A DNA stretch of 64,000 nt from Sphyrna mokarran (Eukaryota): the NCBI GenBank assembly GCA_024679065.1, contig JAGIQG010000009.1, forward strand, positions 75,516,001 to 75,580,000, in the 5' to 3' direction. Positions within the stretch are counted from its first letter, which is position 1. Each line of letters opens with the position of its first letter. Below, piece by piece: positions 24,821 to 35,489 of the stretch. Position numbers and translations under genes: made by a program. The notes beneath the pieces are model-generated. The model ran no database searches. It saw only the letters and a program-made list of their open reading frames with translations, and had not been told where the DNA came from.

Positions 24821-24988
24821 CATTTGATGACTGGTCTGACATCAGTCAATAGTTTATTCTTTCCACATCCAGAGGCTTTAAACTCTATTTGAACTTCCTT
24901 CACTCCAGTGCTGATGACCTTACACTATTCCTTTGCTACCATCTGCTCCTATCTGCACTTTCTCATGTGATGTCAAACGTTGTGTGCT
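24821..24988 (-). other. Candidate antisense non-coding exon (168 nt)
   Basis: Minus-strand acceptor CATTTGTCTGCGTTTGCAG and donor ATG|GTAAGA. Stop codons in all three frames. Confidence 0.25.
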
Positions 24989-25006
24989 CTGCAAACGCAG
25001 ACAAAT

Positions 25007-25102
25007 GGGCAGCACGATGGCACAATGGTTAGCACTGCTGCCTCACGATGCCAGGGACACAGAAACCGATTCTGGCCTCAGGTGATTGCGTGTGTGGAGT
25101 TT
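25007..25102 (+). mobile_element. HE1/V-SINE 5' part (truncated)
   Basis: GGGCAGCACGATGGCACAATGGTTAGCACTGCTGCCTCAC head. Ends at the start of the V-domain. Confidence 0.75.
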
Positions 25103-25714
25103 TGTGAAGTTGAGTTTGTGAAGTTGGGATTTAATATTGATAAAGATGTAAAAGAATTATAAAAATGCCAGAAGGAAATAAACATTGTGTGGTCCCTTTA
25201 GAAGCTTGTGTTTTGTTTCAGTGCTTAGAGGTTTAAAATGCAAAGTGCATCCAGAATCCAAGCTGAAACATTTGTATCAAAAAGTCAAGCAGTCTTGACA
25301 AGACAGCTTGTTTTTGTTTGAATTTTGCCCAGTCAATTTAAAGCAAGCAGTCAGCTACCAAGAACCTATAAGATTTGAATTTGATGATGTTGACAACGTC
25401 AGACCAGTTCTATTGTAGGAAAATTGATAGGTCATCATTGGTATCAAAGAAAGTCAGGGGGAAAAGCAGGAGAGCAATTGAAAAACTGCCACCTCTCAAA
25501 CCTCGAGAGAGAGCGACCAGTTCTCAACTCTGCCAGTTTCAAATATCTCTTAAGAGAACACACCATCTAATTAACAAAGGTGCCAAAAAGGAAGAATTTA
25601 CAGACAGAGGAATCAACAGAAGAACTCTAAATGATTCTGAAAGCTTGCTGTATTTTTGAGAGTGACTGAATTCTATCATTATATTTTTCTTTGTCTAATG
25701 AATAACTATTGTAT

Positions 25715-26213
25715 TACACTACCAGAGGGACATGGAGACTTTGGAGAGAGTGCAGAGGAGGTTTACCAGGATGTTGCCTGGCATGGAGGGTCTTAGCTAT
25801 GAGAAGAGATCGGGTAAACTGGAGTTGTTTTCCCTGAAAAGACGGAGAATGAGGGGAGACCTAATAGAGGTGTAAAAGATTATGAAGGATATAGATAGGG
25901 TGAACAATGGGAAGCTTTTTCCCAGGTTGGAGGTGACGATCACGAGGGGTCACAGGCTCAAGATGAGAGCGATGAGGTTTAACTCAGATATCAGAGAGAT
26001 GTTTTTTCCACAGAGGGTGGTGGGGCCTGGAATGCACTGCCAAGTAAGGCGGTGGAGGCAGTCACGCTGGGATCGTTTAAGACTTACCTGGATAGTCACA
26101 TGAGCACACTGGGAATGGAGGGATACAAACAAATGGTCTAGTTGGACAAATGAGTGGCACAGACTTGGAGGGCCGAAAGGCCTGTTTCCTGTACTGTACT
26201 GTTCTTTGTTCTT
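25715..26213 (+). mobile_element. CR1 LINE 3' fragment
   Basis: [21 protein letters not shown]...RGDLIEV C-terminal ORF2 motif, then GGGCCGAAAGGCCTGTTTCC and a (TTCTTTG) tail. Confidence 0.9.
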
Positions 26214-26798
26214 AGTATCCCCAGCCTGTTGAATGTAATGTCTGATACCACTCGCCCCTCACCTACCTCACAAAGAGTCCCCCAAGCCTTGGAACTAGTT
26301 GGGCTATGCAACATGATGGAATATCATGTAGTCCCAACTGCAATCACTGCACCCAGCCAACATTGTTGGGACATGCAATTAGGTGACAGCTGAATAAGAT
26401 GGGATCCCCTCCTGAGGAAGGAGTGGAAGTCCAGCCTTAACACATTGGAAGTTGCTCCCAGTATTAACCTGCTGCAGGGCAGTCACAAAGCACACGGGCA
26501 CGCTCCTCCACGACTTTTAAATGGGGGTGAAAACTATGGCACTGTGTCAAATCTAGCTCCGTAATTCTATATTGACAGATTTGAGTATCTTCCCTACAGC
26601 GAACGATAGATTCTGTAATTTCCTGATTTCCCTCTTTGGATCTTCTTAAGTAATTAGCACTAACAGCTTCCTATCCAAGTGTTTTTGAAAATCTTAACTG
26701 GACATTCACAATTTCCTAGCTTATTCTTTTCAACCTGGAAGTGGAAACCATCAAGTCTGGAGATTTGTCAACATTCAGCCTAATTGTTTTTTTTTTGT

Positions 26799-28290
26799 TC
26801 GATGGAGACGGGAGAGGTACCGGAAGTCGATAGAGACGGGAGAGGTACTGGAAGATTGGAGGATTGCGGATGTTGTGCCTATTTTCAAGAAGGGGAATAG
26901 GGATAGCCCGGGCAATTACCAACCAGTGAGTCTGACCTCAGTGGTCGGTAAGTTGATGGAGAGGATTCTGAGAGATAGGATTTATGAGCATTTAGAGAAA
27001 TTCAATATGGTCAGGAATAGTCAACACGGCTTTGTCAAGGGCAGATCGTGCCTTACGAGCCTAGTTGAATTCTTTGAAAATGTGACTGAACACATTGATG
27101 AAGGAAGAGCGGTGGACGTGGTTTACATGGATTTCAGCAAGGCGTTTGATAAGGTCTCCCGTGCAAGACTTCTTGAGAAGATGAGAGAGCACGGGATCCA
27201 AGGAGCTTTGGCCTTGTGGATCCAGAACTGGCTTGCCTGCAGAAGGCGGAGGGTAGTTGTGGATGGGTCTTCTTCTGCATGGAGGTCAGTCACCAGTGGA
27301 GTGCCCCAGGGATCTGTTCTAGGACCCTTGCTGTTTGTCATTTTCATAAATGACCTGGATGAGGAAGTGGAGGGATGGGTTAGTAAGTTCGCTGATGATA
27401 CGAAGGTTGGTGGTGTTGTGGATAGTCTGAAGGGATGTCTGAAGTTGCAGCGAGATATAGATAGGATGCAAGACTGGGCGAAGAAGTGACAGATGGACTT
27501 CAACGCGGATAAATGTGTGGTGGTCCATTTTGGCAGGGCCAATGGGATGAAGCAGTATAATATCAAGGGTAGGAGTCTTGGCAGTGTTGAAGAGCAGAAG
27601 GATCTTGGGGTTCGGGTCCATAGGTCTCTTAACTCTGCCCCGCAAGTGGAGGATGTGGTAAAGAAGGCATATGGTGTACGGGTCTTCATTAATAGAGGAA
27701 TTGAGTTTAGGAGTCAGGAGGTAATGCTGCAACTTGTCAGACCCTTGTCAGACCCCACTTGGAGTATTGTGTGCAGTTCTGGTCGCCTCACTATAGGAAG
27801 GATTTGGAAGCTATTGAGAAGGTGCAGAGGAGATTTACAAGGATGTTTCCTGGATTGGGGGGTATGCCTTACGAAGATACGTTGAGAGAGCTAGGTCTCT
27901 TCTCCCTAGAGAGACGAAGGTTGAGAGGCGACCTGATAGAGGTTTATAAGATGTTGAGAGGAATAGATAGAGTGGATTCTTGGAGACTATTTCCCAGTGC
28001 TGAAATGGTCGCTATGAGAGGACACAGTTTAAGGTGCTGGGGGGCAAGTACAGAGGAGATGTTAGAGGTAAGTTTTTACTCAGAGGGTAGTGAGTGAATG
28101 GAATCGGTTGCCGTCAGTGCTGGTAGAGGTGAATTTACTGGGGTCTTTTAAGAGACTTCTTGATGAGTACATGGGATTTAATGGGATTGGGAGTTACAGA
28201 TAGTTCTATGGCCTGGTAAGTATAGATATGATCGGCACAACTTTTGGGCCGAAGGGCCTGTTTGTGCTGTAGTGTTCTATGTTCTATGTT
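26799..28290 (+). mobile_element. 5'-truncated CR1 LINE, RT pseudogene
   Basis: [42 protein letters not shown] and SKFADDTK motifs. In-frame TGA at 27487, later frameshifts, (TTCTATG) tail, TSD TAATTGTTT at 26781 and 28292. Confidence 0.96.
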
Positions 28291-29049
28291 ATAATTGTTT
28301 CAACTTATGTAATGTCCATGTAAGTCTTTCCCATTGCTTTTTTCTTTGTTGCCTTTATATCTCTCAAACTTTATCCTCATCCTCTTCTGTGAAGGCTATT
28401 ACAAAGTAATGATTTACCAATTTTCTTATTTTTGACTACATTATCATGTCTTTAAAGGACCAACATTTCTCTTTGTAACCACCCTTCTTCTCTTAATATT
28501 CTTGTCAGCACTTTTGGTTTTATTTTTGTTATCCCTTGCCAGGTTTATTTTCTCATATTCCCTTTTCTTACTTGTCACTACTCTCTTTTTATCCCGTTAC
28601 TGTTCTCGTTATCTGCCCCAGTCTGTAGGATCTTTGCAATATGGCTGGCTGCCGTTTGTGCTCTTTTCTGGTTTGCTCTCCCTTATATGCCGAGAATGTA
28701 ACTTTCATAAGAAGGCCAATTACAATGTGATGTCGCTAATGGCTCAGTATTCAGTGAGACTAGTCTTCATCTGCATCCTTGTCTGCATTTGCATGTATTT
28801 GCATATATTAACATTTCAAATTAAGTTGTTCCGGGCACTAAAGCAACTTTAACCCTTCTAAATACAGGCACTCATCATTTTTCCCTCAAAGTGCAAGAAT
28901 AGGTTTCAAAGAAAAATTACATACACTCTCCCTTAGCCATGCACTCATAACTTCCTAGTTTTCCTGATGCTGCAGCAGGTATTAAATAAATCAAAGGGCT
29001 AAACCGGGAAGATTATGTCTGCATTTTGAATGGCAGTGATTCATTAAAT

Positions 29050-29330
29050 CACATAATCCCTATAGTGCAAAAACAGGCCATTTGGCCCATTGAGTCTGCA
29101 CCAACAACAATTCTCCCCAAGCCCTATCCCATATATACACTCTGCTAATAACTAAGGGGCAATATAGCATGGCCAATCAACTTAACCCACACATCTTTGA
29201 GCACTTGGATGAAACCCACACTGACATGGGGAGAACATGCAAACTTCACACAGTCAGTTAAGGCCAGAATTGAACCTAGATTCCTGCAGCTATGAGGCAG
29301 CAAGGCTAACCACAGTGCCACCATGCCATC
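29050..29330 (-). mobile_element. HE1/V-SINE-type SINE
   Basis: Reverse head CTAACCACAGTGCCACC and V-domain AGAACATGCAAACT. Confidence 0.8.
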
Positions 29331-30720
29331 CTAAAGTTCAACTCAACCTATTTTGAAAGCACAAAGAAGCAAAGATAGAATATTGCTTGGTCCCATCCTT
29401 CAGACAAAATGCTAAATGGAAGACACTTCTAAATGGTTCACATGGACAGCAAATACTCCTTTGAAGAAGAAAAATCTTCTCCCAAAATCCAGGCCAAGAA
29501 ACTTTTGTCATCCATCACCCACCCCAAAGGATTAACTGGGCAGGGATCTTCTCAGAACATAAAATGGATGCCAAATCAATCCTCAAAGTATCACATCTTG
29601 ATCGCATTTTCCATATGGCTAGCATCCTCAGCGTAGAAAAATACCCGAAATGGAGGAGACAGGTAAAAATGAAAGCTAGGCTAAAGACAGACATTAGATA
29701 CAAAGTTGAATAGCTTAAAGGAAGAGGTGGGTTTAAAGAGGAGATTCAAGGAGGTGCAAAAGCTAAAGATGTTCCAGATGGCCATATGCATTGCCCCCAG
29801 CAGTGCAGCGGAGGGAGAGAGCAACTCGCAAGTCAGTGTTGGAGGAATGGAGTTTTCAAATCTTGGCAATCTTATTGAGTTAGGGAGGAGCAAGGCCATT
29901 TGGCCATGAAGGATTTAATCATGTGGAAATTTCAATCTGAGATCTTGAGATTGGAAACCATTGTGGGTCAGAAGAGCAAGTTGTGATGCATGTATGATAC
30001 CATAGCTGAACTTCGGAGGCGTTGTGGATTTGTTTTTTGAGTCAGTGAGCAGGAGAGCCCAGTCACGACATTCAATTTCTAGCTGACAAAGACAGGATGA
30101 GGGTTAAAGCTGCAGAGACAGGCGTGTGCAGGAGGCACATGCTCTGTGAAGGATGCCATATGGAATTGGAAGCTCAGATCAAGGGGGAACATTCCACCTC
30201 AGCTGAAAACAGTGGCCTTCAACCCGAGACAGTGGCCTGGGAATGAAATGCAATTAGCAGTGAGGGAATAGTATCTGTGACAGAGCCTAAATGATATTCA
30301 GATTATCTAGGACAAAATGTCAGGCAAGCAGGCTGGCGGCTCTGGCTATGATTGATTAGTGTAGAAACAATTAAGTTTGTCAAAGTGAACTGTACAACAT
30401 TGGAGAGATATTGGAGAATGGGGGCCAGCAAATCCTGCAAACAGGGTCCAATAGTACCTGGACAGACAGTGCAACTGGATCACAATCATAGAAAATAACC
30501 ATGACTATGATGGAGGTTAATTTAATGCTGCAGAAGAGATGGAAAACTGACTGGACAGATTTAAACATGAAGCTGCAAAAAAGATGTTTTTTGGAGAGTG
30601 GAACTGAAGCCATTCATTTCCCAGGACCAGTGAACAAGAAGTGAAATTTTTGTAGAAGAATTTGTTGACTAGTTTTGAAAGAGGTCAGAATAATGGCTGA
30701 GGGATGAAACCATTTGCAAT

Positions 30721-31060
30721 GGGCAGCATAGTGGCACAGTGGTTAGCACTGCTGCCTCACTGCACCTGGGATCTGGGTTCAATTCTAGCCTTGGGTGGAA
30801 TTTGCACATTCTCTCCATGTCTGCATGGGTTTCCTCCAGGTGCTCCAGTTTTCTCCCACGGTCCAAAGATGTGTAGATTAGCTGGTCTGACCTTGGTAAA
30901 ATTGTCCCTTGGTATCCCAAGATGTGTAGGTTCGGTTGATTAGCCATGCGAAATATGTGGGGTTATGGGAATGGGGATGGGGAGGGAGGGGATGGGGGAG
31001 AGATGCTGGGCTTGAGTAAAATAGTCTGTCAGAGAGCCAGTGCAGACTCAATAGACTATA
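30721..31060 (+). mobile_element. HE1/V-SINE-type SINE
   Basis: GGGCAGCATAGTGGCACAGTGGTTAGCACTGCTGCCTCAC head and V-domain. Confidence 0.85.
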
Positions 31061-31211
31061 CGGATACTATATTCGATGTCATCAGTATTTCTGTCCGTGA
31101 AGAAAAGTGGGAAATTCAGCAGTTTAATGGGAATCGGGTTGAAGGATCAGGAGACTGACGTGAATTCTAGCAGCACATGAAAGGAGATCAAAGAGAAACT
31201 GAAGAAAGGGT

Positions 31212-32135
31212 AAGGAAAGGACGTGGAGACTCTGGAGAGAGTGCAGAGGAGGTTTACCTGGATGCTGCCTGGTATGGAAGGTCTGAGTTATGAGAAGAGA
31301 TTAGGCAAATTGGGACTGTTTTCCTTAGAAAGACATAGACTTAGAGGAGATCTAATAGAGGTGTACAAGATTATGAAGGGTATAGATAGTCTAAACAGGG
31401 TTAAGCTTTTTCCTAGGATGGACTCAAATAGCACGAGGGGTCACGGGCTTAGGGTGAGGGGGGTAAGGTAGAATTTGGATGCTAGAGGGAGTTTTTTCAC
31501 ACAGAGGGTGGTGGGGGTATGGAATGCGCTGCCAAGTAAAGTGGTGGAGGCAGGTACTATGGAGTTATTTAAGAAATACTTAGATGGGCACATGAACAGA
31601 ATGGGAATGGAGGGGTATAGAAAACTGATTTAAAATAGGGATCATGAGCCTTGGGAGTCCCTGGGAAGTGTGTAAATAGATGATGATATTGATGTACTTG
31701 TTTTTATCCTACAGGTGCTTTGGTCCACCTTGTTGTCTAACGAGGGGCGTACACGCGATGGGTCGTGAGAGGACTGCTCTTGGATCTTTTTCGAGAGTAT
31801 CCTACTGCTTCACGTTGTTAGTGTATGCTTGACCTGGACCATTTGATGGGCAACACGACAGCTCAGTGACTATCGCTGTGCTGTGCAGATACATGGATTT
31901 GGGCCAGTGTCTGTGGGAGTTTGCGCATTCTCCCCGTGCTTGCGTGGGTTTTTTCCGGGAGTCCAGTTTCCTCCCACATCCCAAAGATGTGCTCTTAGGC
32001 TAATTGGCAAAACATTCTCCCTAAATTGTCTCAAATTTGGTTTTTAGAGATGGGAACATTGGGGTGGCGGCGCAGGCTCGTTGGGCCGAAGGGCCTGTTT
32101 CCTGTGCTGTTTTGTTCTTTGTTCTTTGTTCTTTG
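31212..32135 (+). mobile_element. CR1 LINE 3' part with a long composite 3' UTR containing a SINE-derived segment
   Basis: ORF2 C-terminus (VETLERVQRRFTWMLPG...), then unique UTR, then a SINE head/V-domain-like segment (31848-32030), then the CR1 tail GGGCCGAAGGGCCTGTTTCC and (TTCTTTG)n. Confidence 0.88.
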
Positions 32136-33789
32136 AAATAAACAACGAAATGAAGCCAAGGTAGAGGAGTGAGAATGAGACTCCAACTTTTAATGAGAGC
32201 TTTCTGGGATTGCCCCTAATGGGGAAGCAATGAGTCAGCCTGAGGGTTAATGTGAACATGGAGAATTCACTCCAGTGGATGGAGTCTTCTCCTGTACATT
32301 AGGAAGTGAAGATTAAATGTAATGTAGCTGTAAGCCCTCAGTTTCGCAACAAGAGAATTTAATTTTCACTCTTGGGTCTGTAAATGTGCATCAGGCAAAA
32401 AGACCAGAGAGCACATCCAGTTTGTATTTAAATGTTACTATCACTTATTCAGACTCATACACACTGAGTGAATAAAAGCTTTTCTGCAATAGTTTCCATT
32501 CAAGATAACTAACTCAACTGAAATCAAATAAATCCCTCAATCACCAAGCTGTCTCAAAGGCACGTTATTGTCTTTTCCTGGTGCTTAATAGGATGCAACA
32601 TAATGGTGTAAATTAACTAGCGCAGAATAGTGTTACTTAGTGAGGAATGTGTTGGACCTGATAGGTCCCTTAAAGGGCAAGAGATCTGCAGTCTACTCTT
32701 GATAATTCAAAAGTCAATTCTTGTTCTAGAAAATAATAATTATCTAGTCATTTGAAAGAAGCCATGTGAATAGCACAGCAAAGCAGGACTTTAGCACTAA
32801 AGACTCAAAATGACTGGATTGACTTCTTGGCTTTAAACTCAGATGAGGCTGTGATTGCTGATACAGGCACATCCTGAAGTTCCAGGTCAATAGCCTTTTT
32901 GGACATCCTTCTGAGCAGCTTTACACAGAAGTATATGCATAATCAATGAAGGGAGTTGGCATTGACTGTGATTTCACAGAGTTTCTCGTGGAAGGATCTG
33001 GCAGCGAGAAATGGAAATAGAAATGAAGAATAAGATCGAAATATAAAAGGGAAAAATGGAAGGCGAGGAAAGACTGTAATATAAGAGAGAATAATGAAAG
33101 GAGAAAAAGTGAACTTTCCAATGGATATCTTGGAAGAAGCATTTTTAAGCTGAAAAAATGAAGCAAGAATTGATAAGCGTATGTGGGGGTTGAATATAAG
33201 TTTTTGAATGATAAACCATGACAGGAAAAATGAATTTATCAACTTAGACAGCAACTTATACTTGTATACCTTCTCTAACAACGCAAAACAACCCAAAAGG
33301 CTTCACAAGGGAGTAATCAGACAACAAAATAGAAGTTGGTATTAGTTGGATAGCCAAAGGTTTTATTAATGAAGCAAGTTTAAGGATTGTCAGAAAGAAG
33401 GTAAGAAGCAGAGAGGTTAGACCTCAGAACGGAGACACACAAATGACTAATAATTAGAAAAAAGCAAGATACCGCTGATGCTAGAATCTGAAACAAAAAC
33501 AGAAAATGCTGGAAAATCAGCAGAAAATCAGAATCAGGAGCTCAGGGGAAACTGATTTGAAACAATATGTGAGATGGAAGCGAAGTAGAAATACTCAAGC
33601 TAAAGGGAACTAAGGCTAAGTGATCCTTTGGAACTTTGAAGAATTTAGCCATGAGACTGGATCACAAGTTTTGCTTCTTTATTTATATGGGATCAGCATG
33701 AAGAGGTTTACATATACATAGCAAAATGATAAAAATTTTAAGCAAGCAGCTCAATTCACCATATCCTAATTCCCACTTCCCTGTTGCAG

Positions 33790-33860
33790 GAGAGCGCATC
33801 AATCTCTGACCTCTGGCAGGACAACAGAGGAAGAGAACAAGCTGAGGGACTGTTGAGAAG
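33790..33860 (+). other. Candidate internal exon of the host gene (71 nt)
   Basis: Branch-like CCTAAT plus TCCCACTTCCCTGTTGCAG acceptor, purine-rich body and donor AAG|GTAGGA. One open frame ESASISDLWQDNRGREQAEGLLR, which I do not recognise. Confidence 0.35.
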
Positions 33861-34924
33861 GTAGGAGCACCACCTCTGTTCAATGCAGCTATTCTAAGCA
33901 TGTATGTGTGAAATAACATGAAACCAAATGGACAATGTGCTCAACCACACGGTATATTTTTGCCTATTAAAAGCAATGTAAATGTGCATTCACCAAATGT
34001 TACTATCCGTGCAGAAGCATCACAAAATAAGAAACAGATGTGGTAAAGTGTGTGACTTGAGAATCACAATATTTTATGGATTGTATCCTGCAGAATGGCA
34101 GGATTGTGGAGCTAGGTGTTAATACCAGTACCATAAATACAGGATTGTTCAGCTTCTACATCAATTTCTGATGGTTGATTTACTGTGATGTGATTTTTCA
34201 AGATGGCAGACAAAAGGACACGCAGAGTGGCAAAGAGCTTTGATCTATAGGGCATGTAATCCAGGATAGCTAGTTCAATGGTATGTTGTGATTGATGAAG
34301 TCTACTGTATCTATGGAAACCTGAAATCAGTGAACAGTAAACTCAGATGTAAATATGATTTGGTAAAATAAGCAAAGAGAGTATCTGAGGGAGTCAGCTG
34401 GAGTTGGGAGATGGTAGCCTGGCTTTGGCAGAACCAGACTGGATCAATCCTACAAATTTATGTATAGAAGGTCCAGTGTAGAGCAATCAGCAAAGGTGGA
34501 ATAGGCCAGAGTGGGCCTCGGTCACCCCAGTGCAGTCACAATTTGGGCATATTTCCGGCACCCATGGCCACACTAAAACATTCCCATCAAGATGCCAGAA
34601 GTGTGCAAGCTGGCATCAGACATCTTTTAGGATGATAACTAGTGCCCATAGCACCCAAATAATGGGTGCTATTGATTCAAATTTCACACCCAAGTTTGAG
34701 TTGCAGTAAGAATATTCCCCCATTTATGGCCAAGAAACATAACCCGCACATTGAGTGAAAGGTTCAAATTCCAGAACTTTTACTGCTGCTTTAGGGACCA
34801 CGTTTAAGGCAGAGAATTTGAAATCAAATAAATGAGTATTCTTTCTCAAATATTTTCATTTATGTATTTCATCAAAATGTATTCTACATAATCTTTAAAG
34901 TAAAAAGCCTACAGAAGGAAACTC

Positions 34925-35212
34925 AGTGGCACAGTGGTTAGCACTGCTGCTTCACAAAACCAGGGATCTAGCTTGGTTCACTGTCTGTACGGAATCTGCA
35001 TGTTCTCCCCGTGTCTGCGTGGGTTTCCTCCAGATGCTCTGGTTTCCTCCCTTAGTCTGAAAGATATACCGGTTAGGTGCATTAGCCATGCTAAATTCTC
35101 CCTGAGTGTACCTGAAAAAGCATTGGAGTGTGGCAACTGGGGGATTTTCACAGTGACTTCATTACAGTGCTTATGTAAGTCTACTTGTGACTAATAAATA
35201 AACTTTACTTTA
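34925..35212 (+). mobile_element. V-SINE variant with an alternative tail (...CTACTTGTGACTAATAAATAAACTTT)
   Basis: Head and V-domain as in HE1. The 3' tail is shared with 60210-60495 and with fragments at 12815-12897 and about 48435-48490. Confidence 0.85.
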
Positions 35213-35219
35213 TTCTCAG

Positions 35220-35485
35220 GATGTGGGTTGGAAGCCCGTCACAGCACATGGTGGAATTTAAATTCAATAAAAAAAAGTGTCTAGGGCTAAGAATCTATTG
35301 AGGACCATGAAACCATCATTGATTGTCGGCGAAACCCATCTGGTTCACTAACATCCTCCAGGGAAGGAAATCTGCGTTCCTAACCTGGTCTACGTGTACC
35401 TTACAGCCACAACAATGTAGTTGACTCTCAACTGTCCTTTGAAATGGCCTAGCAAGCCATTCAGTTCCAAAACAAAACTGGACCG
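35220..35485 (+). mobile_element. MER131-like element
   Basis: GGTGGAATTTAAATTCAATAA...AAACCCATCTGGTTCACTAA...GGGAAGGAAATCTGC...GAAATGGCCTAGCAAGCCATTCAGTT. Confidence 0.7.
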
Positions 35486-35489
35486 GATG

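Noticed and set aside
25103-25715. Possible LTR-like insert truncating the SINE at 25102
   Set aside because: I could not find the rest of the SINE, a TSD or a right boundary.
30721-30790. tRNA genes in the SINE heads
   Set aside because: Only A/B-box-like remnants are present, followed by SINE body; no complete cloverleaf.
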